Positions 12,714 to 27,439 of a stretch of DNA of 64,000 bases are shown here, in pieces (the stretch's first letter is position 1; each line of letters begins with the position of its first letter). The stretch is from Octopus sinensis. Taxonomy: Eukaryota. The DNA is taken from contig NC_043015.1 in the NCBI RefSeq assembly GCF_006345805.1, positions 4,216,001 through 4,280,000 on the forward strand, given 5' to 3'. The notes below the pieces were generated by a model, which was not told the origin of the DNA, did no database searches, and worked only from the letters and a program-made list of their open reading frames with translations. The translations under genes were made by a program, and so were the position numbers.

Positions 12714-14415
12714 CCAACGATATTGCAAGCTATACATAAAATATGAACTTTAATATTTGCTAAAGTTAATGAATAAACGGTTATGTGTAATCCTCGACAT
12801 ATTGCCACATTGCCACATTTTATTAGTGTAAGCTGGAGTTTAATTCAATACTACACACTGTCAATTTTGATATTTTGCTTTCCCTTTTTAACAGCAAATT
12901 TTTAGATGTAATTATGACATGAATGAATTTAAATGTTAATACTTTAATTTTCATTTCAAATTTCAAGTTGTTTCAAATTTAAAATAACATCCTTTCATTT
13001 TTTTCTTGTACCTTGCAAGTGAAACAAACACCACATCGAAAGAACCTGTTTAAATATCTGAAAGTAAAGCATGTTTCCATGCTACTGAGATTATGAATTA
13101 TACTAAGTGTCATTATTGATTCTATGCGTAGTGTGTATGTGGTTAGTACATATATACACTATTATTTTGAGTCAATTGTTATACATTCGCCTTCGTTTTA
13201 TTTTATCCCTGACGCATGCATTCTTTGTAACACTGCATTCCTATCCACTAAATTGATGTAAATAAGGTTGATACAATAAGCATACATTCTATACAGGAAC
13301 TTTGAAGTCAGCAAATTTTTATGTTAGTAAATGTGAAATATTTATATTTTCGGTTGCATCAGAAACGAAAAGGAAATGTTTACTGTAAAAGCATTTTCCA
13401 CAGTATATTTTCGTCGGAACATTTATATAAGTAGATTAGGTTGACGAAATGTCATTGAGGAATAGTAGCAGATCACATTATTTTAGTTTTTGGAAATTAT
13501 TACACATGCAAAACAGATTTGTTTCCCGATTCTGTTAGCAGAAATGCCATTATGTCACATATGACTAGCAGCCGAAGCAGATTACGTATAATATCTTTTA
13601 GTGACAAAGTATAAAGAAAAAACGATATCATTTGGTCTGATGTAAAATGACAGTTATGAGCTAGTGAACTTAAGTAGTTTTAAAACAAATATAATGGTTC
13701 CGGCATGTTCGTGAAGGGGAGGACGTCGTCGAGGAGAGATAACTGAAGAAGAGGTGGAAATGAGGAGGATGTAGGCATGTGAAGGAAAAGAGGAATGATG
13801 GGAAGAAAAGAGGAGAATAAAAAGCAGATGGACAAACATGGGTTGGACAAAGAGGTGAATCAAGAAGCGGAAGGGAAAAATCAGAAGAAGAAGAAGAGAC
13901 ATGGAAAGAAGGAGAAAAAACGGAAAAAATACCAAGGGAAGACGGAAATAGGAAAGAAGGAGGAATGAGAAAAGAAGGGGGAAGAAAGTGAATATGTTTT
14001 TCATGAAAATGATGATGATGGAGATGATCTTCGGAAAATTAATTTAGATTATATTAACAGTAATGATGATGTCCATTGCTAATGATTAGGATGAAAATGG
14101 TTCATATATAACTGAATAAAATTTGTTTCATACAATTTTCAGTCCACAAAAGCAACAGTGTGCTATCTCGAATGAAAAGCATATATTCATTGGTAGGTTC
14201 TAAACTCCCCAAATCAAATGTAGCTTATCGTAACTGTCCGCAACAATTATCAAATATCTGAGATGACTGTGTGACAATAAATTTGCTTCTCAATCAAATA
14301 ATTTTCAATATGTGGCACGTTCGGCAAGTGTATTTCGAGCTTGGGTCAGCTAATGACTTAGAAGTGGATTTGGCAGAAGTAAAGAGAAAGACGTCCGTCA
14401 CATAGATACACACAC

Positions 14416-14486
<71 letters not shown>

Positions 14487-15811
14487 ATATGTGTGTTTGT
14501 GTGTGTGTGTGTGTGTAATGTATGTATATATATATATATTATATATATTATATATATATATATATATATATGGTGTAAGTATTGAACAGGAAGGAACATG
14601 TTAGACAGCTCTTTAATAAACACTACACACGTTTCGATGCAACACAGATCCACATATACACACGATTTAAATTATCAACGTTTTACCTCTGCAATGGGAA
14701 CCAGTTGTATCTCCTTATGTGATGTATAATAGCCTAGACTAAGGGTGAACGAGCTCAGTTTTGTACTGTAATACGTTCCTAACGGAGTACACTTCAAATT
14801 TATATATGTGTGTGTATGAATATATGTATGTATGAAACAATGTGCATGTTTTGTAAATATGTGATGCCCACCGCCACTTGACAAGTGGTACTGTTTTGTT
14901 TACGTCATCTTAACTTAAGGAGAGTAATATGGTAGCTAATATCCTTCTAAAAACAAGAACTGTGGTCGATTTGTGCGTCTCAGCCATTCCAGTTGTTACT
15001 CCAGCATGGGGGCGCTTTAACGACTAAAACAAGGAATGGAATAAGGATAAAGGACATATATCACCCACCATCAGCAACTGCATGAATGTTTATAAAATAG
15101 TAGTATATTTTTACTAATGCTATTCAGTAAAATGATCAACGGAACAACATAATCATGTTTATGGCTGCCAGCTCAGCAATATCACCGTCGGTCACTTCAC
15201 TGACAAAGAAAGCATTGACATCTAAGAAGAAAAAAAACAAAATCGCCAACGATATAACCACTGCCACAACTGTCAATGTCACCGACTCCAACAAAACATC
15301 TATCGGCACTCACGTCTATCATCGCCAGATGTATAGCAGCATCCACCAACGCCAATACCACCACGATCAAATCTAGCCTCAATAACGTTTCCTTCAAATA
15401 CGATTCATGCATGGAGAAAGAATATAGAACATTCGTGGCATTATATCTATGTCAAAACCACTCTCCTGTATATAAAAAAAGCCCATCCCTTTAGTTAATT
15501 CTCGTTCTGCAAATTCCATCAGAATAAATGTCAGAACATCGAGGAATTAGCAAAGAATTTGATCGTTTGGTGTGCAGCTATAAGACGCAGATGACCTATT
15601 CTGATGTTACTCGGAAAGGTAATTTGACACAAACATGTTGGAATATTCCAATGTATTTCGAGTCCAAGACATAATATAGTAAATAACATTATGGTAAATA
15701 AAGAAGAAACAGAAAATAAGGAAGCAAAGAAAAAATAAGAAAAAAGAAATTGCAGAGGTTATAATCACATAGCAATTCAAGCAAGAGGAAACCATGATTT
15801 TTCGATAATGC

Positions 15812-15874
<63 letters not shown>

Positions 15875-15901
15875 AACCATATAACTTTATATATATGTTT
15901 A

Positions 15902-15936
<35 letters not shown>

Positions 15937-16325
15937 AAATCCGATGCACCTATATGCGAGGAATATGTGTGAGTGTGCTTGTGTGTGTGTTTCTACATGA
16001 AGCGACTGAGGACATAGTAGCATCAAAATAAAAACTTGCTTATATATGTAAAGGTCAAGCAAGTTAACCCTTGAGGTAAGTTATTTCAAAATACCCAGTA
16101 GCATGACACATGATTTGTATAGAAGAAGTGGAGTATTTGTAAAATTGTTGGAATGATGTTCAACAGCGAAACAGAGTGATTGATAGAAGCAGATGTATGC
16201 GAAAGGAACCACAAAAATGTATCTTTAAGTGTGTGTGTGCTTCCATACATATACTTACATTACATATATGGATATATACATGCAAGAAAGCGTACATGCG
16301 CACACACAAACACATATAGGTATGC

Positions 16326-16371
<46 letters not shown>

Positions 16372-16467
16372 ACACACACATGTATTCATATATATAAAGT
16401 GTGATGATGGTTGTAAATAATTCGTCAGACAAGCAGATAAAAATATAGATAGATGTATATGTGTGTG

Positions 16468-16505
<38 letters not shown>

Positions 16506-16506
16506 G

Positions 16507-16557
<51 letters not shown>

Positions 16558-17857
16558 GAGAAGAAAATGTATATATATATATATATATATATAGGTTCGT
16601 AAATGTAATTTCGTTTTTCCCGAAGAATTACACTTTTTTAAATAACTTTTGTCAATATTATAATTTTTTTTCTTTTCGCATTTGATAGTCATTACTTTTA
16701 GTTTACTTCACAAGACTTTTCCGCGTAAGTTTGTTTACACTTGATAGTTCATTATCCCTATATATTTTTCATATCGTCACTTAAGACTATCCTTTGACAT
16801 TGGTGCAGTTATACATTCGCTTTTTCTAAATTCAAATGTATCACATTTTTTATTGGGTTGCCATATGAAATAACTGCTAGCACATATTCAAAACTTCTGT
16901 TTCACTCATGTGACTTACTATGATTTATTTTGTTGTGTCTAAACTCTATGTCAGATCTGATTCTAAATAATTTTCAGCGAAAGCCTCCTCGCAATTACAA
17001 ATACGTAAACCCATGTTTTGATATGTGCATAAGTTACGCCGAAACGCCATTTTATATATTCCAGTGAATAGTATTTATGGTACGATAGGTTTAGATTTGA
17101 GGAATTAAGATATATATACATTACTGGAAGTGGTTACACTAACGGCATTCTCGGTATAAGTTCGTGAGTGACTGCTGTGGAGAACTAAGGTATTTATTGA
17201 AAACGATGACATATGATACTTACCTGAAAAGTAAATATTTGTATGATTGAGAATTTAGCTGATCAGTGTCTTCCTCAATAAAGACAATCGCTACAGCCAT
17301 TATCAGATGTCTCCCGTTCAAAGTTCAGAGATGTTTGATAATGGATTTAGCAACTGAATAAATTTTTGAAGATACCTTACAGCAAGTATATGATATCAAT
17401 CGTGTGAGTTGCATTTTGCTGAGAATTCCATTATTGTTCTTCGTTTTTGTAACTGGTTTCCTCAATTCTTTATGTAAATTTCTGTGATACACAACAACTA
17501 TTGTTGTGCATCCATCATTCATCTGTAACACTGAATCGGAATGATGATAAATTCGTATGATTTAATATGCTCGGTATTAATATCGAAATTATTCGTAAAT
17601 TTTTAAAGACGGCTTTCGAATTGAAATTGATTCTAGTCCAACTACAGTATAGATTTATTATCGGAGATGTTTGCTTTGAATATAGTTTTGCATGGAATGC
17701 ATTGTTATTTTAACAGATATCCATTCGTTTACAAGGGTTCCATTTGTCCCTGATAAATAATAAAAGATAATAATGATACAATATCATTCAATCTAAGAAG
17801 GAAGCTAAATTATTGAAATGAAAACAATGTAAATGGGTTGAATCATATTAAACATAA

Positions 17858-19130
17858 TACGAATGTGGGCTGAAAAGTTCACTGGTTCACAACGAAGGAG
17901 TGATGCTACAGCTGGGAAATCTTGCATGCATTAATTTCAACATCTTATTTTAAAAATTGCAACGTTTCCAACCAGTAAACTATAATATTACTTTCAAAGT
18001 ACACTTAAATATAGCATGTAACGCCCTCTCTTGAAATTGGAAAATAAATGGCATTGTAGTGTTCTCAACTATCTGCAGAAAATGGTTAACCCCAGAGCAT
18101 TCATGCTGACGGGTTCGCAACATTGGTGAATAATGGTCCAGCATTATCAACAGTACAAATATTGGCTGCTGCATTTAGTAGGGGCAGGGAGACACATGAA
18201 GATGATCCAAGGAGGAAATTATTTAAGATGCCTACAACATGGTAATAGTTTGCAGACAACCGATTATAAATGAAAACAGCTAATATTAGCATCAAATCCT
18301 GTGATGAGAGATTTGAAACGATTCTGCACAACTAATGTGGATTGACGCATGACTATGCTCGGTGGGTGCCACGTCTTCTCACATCTGATGAAAAGTACAC
18401 CAGGGTGATCACATCACTGGAAACTTTGACATTGTTTGAAGCAGATTCAGTTGGTTTCCTTCAGACTTTTTAAAACCCCGCACGATTATTGGCATCACCA
18501 CTTTGGCCCTAAGCATGAGATAGAAAACATGTAGTAAAACAACCCGTCTCATCTTCGCGAAAGCAGGCCAAGTTAATTTTATCTACAGTTAAGTTTATGA
18601 CATCAGTATTATGAAATCGAAAAGGCATTGTATTTATTGGCTCTCTTCAAATGGGCCACACCATCGATAAAAAATAATCTGTCAACTTGTTAGTTGTTAC
18701 AAAAGGCTGGCAAGAATAACTCTCCTGGAAAATTAGCCAGAGGTGCTGTATTTTGTCAGATCAATGGCCCAGCACACAAGTTCTTCGTTTCAATGACTAC
18801 AGTGTGTGTGTGTGTGTGTGACTGGTTTTCAACTGGATGATTATTGTCACAATTCCCTGGGCGCCATTGACTGGGCTCTCTTTGTCTATCAACCTAGGAG
18901 CAGCATATAAAAAAACACATGGTTGGGAACAGATATCACGCTGATGATGATGCCATAATATCTGATGTCGACCAACAGAATGAAAGCTTCGTCACCAATG
19001 AGATCCAGACACTACAGCACCGACAGAACAATTGTGTGGATCATAAAGGGAAATATATTGAAAACAACCTCATTTTGTCATATTCCAAGAGAGTGTTAGT
19101 GGCCAGCTTATGAACTTTTCAGTCGAATGC
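17858..19130 (+). mobile_element. Mariner transposon relic, near full length
   Basis: TIR remnants GGCTGAAAAGTTCA / TGAACTTTTCAGTC; WVPRLLT at 18363-18383; multiple stops. Confidence 0.85.
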
Positions 19131-19431
19131 CATCAAGCTATTATTCATCTGTAACGGATGTTGACATTTCTTCTGGACATGACTATTCAATTAAAATGCA
19201 AATTACTCTCAAATGCAGTTCATTAGTTTGTTGATTACTTTTATTATTTATTCTTCAAACCTTTTGTGAAGCTGATATCAAAATATCAGAATGCATTTCC
19301 CACGTTGGGACATTTCTTTCTCTTTCGTTATTTCTTTTCCTAGAAAAACAATTGCGAAATTTATATATTTGTTTGCCACGACTGTTTCCGATGTCTTTCT
19401 GATGAAGATGTAATAAAATATAAAATATTTT

Positions 19432-19890
19432 CGCAGGAGTGGCTATGTGGTAAGTAGCTTGCGTACCAGTCTCATGGTTCCGGGTTCATTCCAACTGCGT
19501 GGCACCTTGGGAAACTGTCCCCTACTATAGCCTCGGGCCGACCATTACCTTGTGAGTGGATTTGGTAGACGGAAAATGAAACGACCCGGTCCTCGGAGCC
19601 AATCCTTCTTCCGAAGGTACGGATCCATTTTACCGACTGTCGTATATATGTATATATATATATATGTGTGTGTGTATATGTTTGTGTTTCTGTGTTTGTC
19701 CCCCCACCATCGCTTGACAACCGATGCTGGTGTGTTTACATCCCCGTAACTTACAGGGTCGGCAAAAGAGACCGATAGAATAAGTACTAGGCTTCCAAAG
19801 AATAAATCTTGGGGTCGATTTGCTCGACTGAAGGCGGTGCTTCAGCATGGCCGCAGTCAAATGACTGAAGCATGTGAAGGAGTGAAGTGA
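19432..19890 (+). mobile_element. SINE family B (tRNA head + CORE-like + internal TA/TG microsatellite + 3' domain), full length
   Basis: A-box TGGCTATGTGG, B-box GGTTCATTCC, CORE-like TGGCACCTTGGG. Homologous copies at 21600, 42322, 58893. Confidence 0.85.
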
Positions 19891-20723
19891 AAGTCTGTTC
19901 ATTTTTACAAAGGTATATTGCGCTTTTCATCTGTAATACACGTGAAAAAACAAATCATCGTTTAACTTCCGAAGCAGAAATTTTCCGGTTGAGTCCCACA
20001 TAGTTGCATTTAAGCAATTGTCTTCTAACATAACCGGGGGGTGATTAGAGCCCTGTGAATAAATTTGGCAACAGGAAACTCAGAGAAAACCGTAATATAC
20101 ACTTGTGTGACTTCACGTCATTTCTTTTTGCATTGTGTTTTACTTTTCCAATGACAGCAAAAGTTGAAGATACGAAGAACGGAACACAGGTTATGTATTA
20201 CAACCATACATCTATGCATCATACACAAATGTAAAGATGTCTAAAATGCAATGTCAAAGTTTGCTGTTTTCCCTGCCTATATACGCATACAACGAAACAC
20301 AGACACATACATATGTATGCTCATTTGTTAATGTGCTTTTACGGTTGCCTCCATCTCTTGTTATATGTACAGTATATGTGTGCGTTTAGATATGTAATTG
20401 ATTGCATTCCTTTCTCTATTTCTATCTCTCACTTTGCATACATACATAGTATCACAAAGAGGAAAAAAATATATATATATATATTGTTATATATAAGAGC
20501 TGTTGTCCACAAATCTTGAAATACAATCGAATATATTACACTTAATATAGAATATAAAACCTTATCAATTTTTAGTGATCATTGTTTCATTGACATTTCA
20601 AATTATCGCCAGCTGTCCTATTGGATCGAATAATCAAGTTCGTATATCTTATTCGTTATCGTATTTTGATTTTCATTATGGCCATGTCGACATTTTATGA
20701 GTAAATATTTATCTTTGATATAA

Positions 20724-20879
<156 letters not shown>

Positions 20880-21599
20880 TAGTTGCTTGTGCTCCGTCAT
20901 TACCTCCTAAGCTGAAATTCTGCAGAGTTCGTCTTATCAGTTCAACTTCTCAGAGTGGATAGAACAAACACTACATGAGCACTCGATTTGTTCTATTCAA
21001 AATACCTCTCTCCCTAAATCCCAGGCTTTATGCCATAATTTGGACCCAGAATATAAATATGAAATGTTGATTGTTATAAAAGAGCGGAGTTGTAACAGAA
21101 GTAAATGATAAGCATGGTGTGATGTGTTTAGCAGAGAACAGGATTTTTATTGAGGTAAAGTTTCGAAAATTGAATCTTAAAGTCGTATTGCTTTCTTTAG
21201 GTAGCTCTGAGACGTTGCTCAATCTTGTGACTTTCAATATATTTCTGTATCCTTTTGTAAATATTAGGCATATCACAGATTCCCCTTGCGTCGTACTACT
21301 CCATATTTTCTTGAAATATTTCAACATTATCGCTGGCGATTATGTTTACATGATTAATCTATTTTGTATATATACATGCACCTGTGTACTCTGTCTCATT
21401 GTGCGCGCGATTAAACGTCATATATTTAATGTAGACTTTCACCTATTCATTCTCCCGTGTAACTTTTCACTTATATAACTTTTGTAGATGACACGAATTG
21501 TAGGTCTAAAATGTTATTGGATTTACGCGCACCTCGAGTTTTCTGTTCAGGGTAAATCTGCCTCTCGCATGATGTTAAACATAGCATAAGAGATAGCAT

Positions 21600-21812
21600 A
21601 CTTTTTACTCTAGTAATGTTTCAGGCATTTGACTGTGGCCATGTTGGATCACGACCTTTAGTCTAGCAAATCGAATCCAGGACACATTTTCGTAAGCCTA
21701 GTACTTATTCTATCGGTTCTTTTGCTGAACCGCTAAGTTACAGAAAAGTAAACAAACTACCCTCGGTTGTCAAGCGATGTTGGGGGACAAACACAGACAC
21801 ACAAACATATAT

Positions 21813-21857
<45 letters not shown>

Positions 21858-21992
21858 TACGACAGGCTTCTTTCAGTTTCCATCTACAAAATCCACACGC
21901 AAAGTTTGGTCGGCCCGAGGCTATAGTAGAAGACACTTGTCCACTGAACCCAGAACAATGTGGTTGGTTAGCAAGCTACTTACCCCACAGCC
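21600..21992 (-). mobile_element. SINE family B
   Basis: Reverse complement of the 19432 copy. Confidence 0.85.
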
Positions 21993-22011
21993 ATCGTAAA
22001 CTTTACCTAAA

Positions 22012-22667
22012 CATCGTAAACTTTACCTAAATTGAGGGTAAAATTAATTAATTAATCAATCTCACCAAGTGTTCAGTATGCAAAGGGACCATTTAAGGCG
22101 AATTCAAATTATTACATTATATAAAAGGGCTTAGTAAAATGAATTACTTTGCCGCATACTGAACTCATTAGAAATAGCAGCTAAAAAACATTTATAATTT
22201 CAATTGTTGAAATTATAATTCATCTCTCTCTATTTAAATGCCTCGGATTTTACCGAAAAAAGCATAGTGTTTACTGATTTTAACCCACGCTGGTGGAAAG
22301 GGGAGAGCAGAAATTCTTCGCTTGCATATTTGAGTTTGTTGGCACTGTTAGTTACGAGCGGATCTTCAGAAGCGATAGGAGGCCGAAGGGGTATGCTCCC
22401 ACTTTCAGTTTTTCAAATCCAAACCAGGGAGTTCTGAGCTGATGATAGAAATGTCGAGTTTGACTAATCTTGAAACGTACGTTCTCAAATAACCTTTGCA
22501 TTTGATTTTTTAATGTCTCTACCCCCCATACTTTCGTGAGTTGAATTGAGCAAACACTATATGAGAGAGGTTTTCTTTATATTAGAAATAGTTTTATAAA
22601 TGTTTTTTAGCTGCTATTTCTAATGAGTTCAGTATGCGGCAAAGTAATTTATTTTACTAAGCCCTTT

Positions 22668-22675
<8 letters not shown>
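22012..22675 (+). mobile_element. HHR-bearing element with 82-bp inverted repeats (PLE pseudo-LTR-like)
   Basis: Arms 22116-22197 and 22594-22675 (1 mismatch); HHR at 22435-22487; abuts (TA)n. Confidence 0.65.
22435..22487 (+). ncRNA. Minimal type-I hammerhead ribozyme
   Basis: TGAG-CTGATGA-stem II (AGA..GTC/GAC..TCT)-GAAA-CGTACG-TT-CTCA. Stem III is palindromic (ACGTACGT). Confidence 0.7.
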
Positions 22676-22743
<68 letters not shown>

Positions 22744-22960
22744 GTGTGTATGTGTATGTATGTATGTATATATATGCGTGTGTATGTGTATGTGTATATG
22801 TACATATACGTGTACGCTCGTGTGTTTATGTATATGTAGGTACGTAGAGTTATCTATGTGTGTATGTATTTGTACATGTGTGTAAGTATGTATATATATA
22901 TATGTGTATATGTGTGTGTATATATATATGTATATATGTATATGTATATATATGTGTGTA

Positions 22961-23023
<63 letters not shown>

Positions 23024-23567
23024 AAGTTTATATGTATGTATCCGTCTATATAATAGGTAACTGCACGTACATATACTTAATATTTATTATTTATTTTTTG
23101 AGTATGCATGTAATTACTGGCGTATATATTTTACTATTTACTTTTTTTGGAGTATGCATGTAAGTATGAATATAAGGAGGCACGTGTGTGTGTATATGTA
23201 AGCATAGATATGTATACTTTTACGCATGTGTGTACTTATGTGTATATATGGATGCGTGTGTGTGTGTGTGTGTGTGGTACGCATGTACATGTGTATGTGC
23301 GTGTATGTGTATATGAGTATGTATGTATGTGTGTGCGTATATTTGTATATGTATGTATGTATATGTATGTGTGTGTATGTATATATATATATATATATGT
23401 GTGTGTGGTTTTGTGTTGTGTATGTATGTATATGTATATGCGTATATGTATGTATTGTATGTGTATGCATGCGCGTATATTATGTACGTATATGTATACG
23501 TGTGGGTGTGTGTATGTGTAAAAATGTATGTATGTATGGATGTATGGATGTATGTATGTATGTATAT

Positions 23568-23598
<31 letters not shown>

Positions 23599-23998
23599 AT
23601 TTGTATGTAGGTGTATATGTATGTGTGTGTATTTATATTTATTGGTGTATATGTATAGACTAGCCTTCTAAGAGTGTAGACATGAATCTGTAGGTACGCG
23701 TACGTATGTGTATATACGTGAATGTATGTAGATGTATGTATGTATGAATAACGCGTGCGTGCGTGTATGTGTATGAGTGTGCGAATGAGTGAGTGTACGT
23801 GCTAAAGAGTGTGCGTGAGTAAATGAGTGCTTGTTTTCCAGTAGACAGATAAATGGACTGGCTGTCATAGCCAAGATGTTTGTGACCAGCGATCAAAGAT
23901 AACAAAAGTAATAAATGAAGATAATAAAATTAAAATTAGGGAATGGGTCTGTATTTGTATGTGTATATATATGTGTGTATGTGTAGGTATGCATAGGT

Positions 23999-24060
<62 letters not shown>

Positions 24061-24295
24061 TGTATTGTGCGTATATGTGTGTGTATGTATATATATATAT
24101 ATATAGGGACTGTGTGTGTGTGTCATATGTGTGTGTATATGTGTGTGTAGCGTGTATGTGAGTGTGTGTGTATGTGTATATATATTCTGTGTATATGTAT
24201 GTGTAGTATATATATGTATATATGTGTGTGTGTACGTATGTGTGTATGTATGTATATATGTTTGTATGTGTGTGTATATATGTATACATATGTGC
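22676..24295. repeat. Long degenerate (TA)n/(TG)n/(TATG)n tract
   Basis: Direct; about 1.6 kb of alternating purine-pyrimidine sequence. Confidence 0.95.
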
Positions 24296-24539
24296 ATAGG
24301 TATAAGTGAGAATCTCCTTATTTACCTAAAACTCTATTCCCTTTTTTTATATATATTTTTATATATTTTTTTATATATATATTTTTTTTTTAGTTATTCT
24401 TCTATCTAATTTAACACTGACTCCTTGACCACTCCCCCAAGTATGATATTTTGCGCTATGCCTACCCCCAAAAAGTCCCCCACCAACACCCCTTTAAACC
24501 TGCCTAAATGTATAAATGCCAATACAATTCTTGTTAACT

Positions 24540-24590
24540 AGCTTCCTGAAGATTTCTCTTGAATGAAACAGTTCTAGTCCTGTAGAAGCT
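24540..24590 (+). ncRNA. Type-I hammerhead ribozyme (same family as 10988-11100)
   Basis: AGCTTC-CTGAAGA-tTTC tctt GAAt-GAAA-CAG ttctagtc CTG-TA-GAAGCT; perfect 6-bp stem I; TATAAA at 24511; AATAAA at 24601. Confidence 0.8.
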
Positions 24591-24672
24591 CCTTCTATAT
24601 AATAAAGTAATTTTACTCTACTATGTATTGAGTACCTTATTTACTGTGGTTAACCCCGAATCAACCCGGACC

Positions 24673-24722
<50 letters not shown>

Positions 24723-24781
24723 ATATATATATACACATATATATATTTATATATGTATGTATATATATATGTATATATATA

Positions 24782-24871
<90 letters not shown>

Positions 24872-25292
24872 TATATATACTGCCATTCCAAATCAAATGA
24901 TGCTATTAAAAGCTAAAACGGTGCATGTCTAGACAAACTAATTTGAGAATCGGAAAATTTTGTGTGCAATTATATGAAACAGTTTGCTTTGTAGAGTTCT
25001 TAAGTTGTTAATTCTGTCGGGAAATATCAATACTTATTCTCTTATGGAGACAATATGGCAGACAATTTGTCGCTTTCTTGCTTCTGGTGAATATGTTACG
25101 ACCATTTAACATGCGATTCAACGCATTTGGCTTAGGAAGAAAGAGAATTAAAAATAAATATTATTGCATCCAGGAGTATGCTTTTGGATGAAAAAAACGT
25201 ATCCGTGTACAAAGGAAGACTTATATAGACACAGGTTTATAAACATACACAACGTACACTCACATTTACACACGCAAATACGCATACGCATA

Positions 25293-25342
<50 letters not shown>

Positions 25343-25453
25343 TATATATATATATATGTGTGCGTATATTCATATATCTGTATACATATGTGTGCATGTA
25401 TGTATATCTATATCTATATCTATGTTTTTTATCTCCCTCAATATATATATATA

Positions 25454-25487
<34 letters not shown>

Positions 25488-25501
25488 AATGTATATATAT
25501 A

Positions 25502-25563
<62 letters not shown>

Positions 25564-25590
25564 ATATATATATATATATGTATTATATAG

Positions 25591-27430
25591 GAGCACTCCA
25601 TAGTCACGTGTACCCTTCATAGCGTTCTCAGGAAGATTCAGCGCCACACAGACTGCAACTAGACTGGCCACTTGAAATACAAGTTCTACTTATTTTCGTC
25701 AGATGAGTGCACTGTCAGGTGCGTTATGTGTCTTTCACAAGTGCCTCTGTTAACATGGAATCCGATAAAACCTTCTGAATCGTTGGGTTGTCGGCGACTA
25801 CACCGGCGCATCGACCACTCTACCCTAGTAAGAAGGGTTGCTATAAAACTGGCAGGATGAAAAACAAGACGTGTTGAAGCTACTAGATTAAGCTACTAGA
25901 GGCTTAGCAATAGCTCAAGTACGCAGATATCCCGTGATGACGTCCGGCGTGCTAGAAGACCCCTGGGAGTGAGGCAACCCTCAGCTTCTGCTGAAGCATG
26001 TTTACGGGCCTAGCAGCTCTTCATCAGCCCATTTGCTTTCCGAGGAGACTTCTACCCCATTTACTAAATCAACAGAAATCACAGTCGCTGGATTGAACAA
26101 TTCTCTGAACTCTTAAACCATGAGTCAGTTGTGGACGAAACAGTGATTGATACTATACAACAAATACTACCATTGACTCCTTAAATTACACGTCTTCAAT
26201 AGATGAGGTAATGACATCAATAAGTAAATTGAATTTTGGTAAGGCATTTTCTTGCGATTTGGAACTTCATGAACTTATTAGTGTTTTCTGGAGAGATGGT
26301 GCTATGGCTAAGGACTGGAAAGATGCACTCATTCCTCCTGCCTATAAAGGAAAATGAATCAAAACACCGTGGTAACTACAGAGAAATTGATGTACTATCA
26401 CCTGCTGGCAAGGTTCTGGCAAATATTCTTCTTACTCGCCTTAATGGGTTTCTTGGAAATGATGTCCTGGATCTTAATGTGGATTCCAAGTTGGTAGAGA
26501 GACGCTGGGTACGAGGCGACGTAGGGGAAGTACTATGAACAGAATATCGATCGTATCCGGGTATTCGTTGATTTAACCGAGGCCTTTGATACTCTGAACA
26601 AGGCATTGCTATGGAAAATACTTGGGAAACATGGGTGTCTTGATCACTTTGTATCTAGAATTAAATCATATCATGATGGGATGGATGCTGGGTTCAATGT
26701 TGTTGGTGGTGTGGCAGGACCCATTTCTGCAGAGAATGGTGTCAAGCAGGGTGATATCATTGCCCCAGCTCTCTTTTCTTTGTACTCTCCGGTTGCGTTT
26801 ATTCATGCTTTTGCTAGGATTAGCCATCTGGGAATATATGCCAGGTATTGATCTTTCGCCGCCTCTTTATTCTGCGCCGAATTGCTGCCAGTTCAAACGA
26901 TTTCCAGTCTCTTATTCGTGACTTCCTATAACTCAGTCACTCATATAGTGGATGACATGTAAATACTTATCAATCGTATTTCTGCTACTTGCAAGGCATT
27001 TGGACTCAGCATTAGCCTGGACAAGACCGTTGTTATGCTCCAGCCTGCACCAGGTATCCATATGGCGAACGAGCTATCTTGTTTGAAGGAATAACATTGA
27101 AAGTCGTAGAAATGTTTGTGTACCTGGGCAACACATCAAGCCGTTCTTGCTCCCTGGATAATGAAATATCTTTCAGGATGCAGGGAGCAACTGATTTCTT
27201 CCAATCTCTTCAGTCTCGTGTCTAGTCCCAGCATGGCAACAATAGACAAGCAAAACATGACGTGTACGGTGCATGTGTAATGACATCGCTCCTTTACACA
27301 TATCAGACATGGACTCTGTACAAAGGTCATGTAAGGGTCCTTGAACGCTTCCGTCAGAGATGTTGGAGACACATTCTGAATGTTGGCTGGGGTTAAAAGT
27401 CTCCTGGCGCACAGGAGATACCCACCATTC
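25591..27430 (+). mobile_element. RTE (BovB-like) LINE relic with internal deletions
   Basis: DWKDA, GNYREIDVLSPAGKVLANILLTRL, FVDLTEAFDT, LWKILGKHGC, GVKQGDIIAPALFSLY, FGLSISLDKT, FVYLG. Confidence 0.9.
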
Positions 27431-27439
27431 CTGGAGAGA

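Noticed and set aside
13700-14030. Purine-rich stretch giving a hydrophobic minus-strand ORF
   Set aside because: Decayed (GAA/GGA) low-complexity sequence.
17224-17522. In-frame TGA as selenocysteine
   Set aside because: No recognisable selenoprotein motif or SECIS, and the exon itself is unproven.
24676-24880. Recurrent TT/AA phase breaks in (TA)n tracts as a code
   Set aside because: Explained by slippage or sequencing indels.
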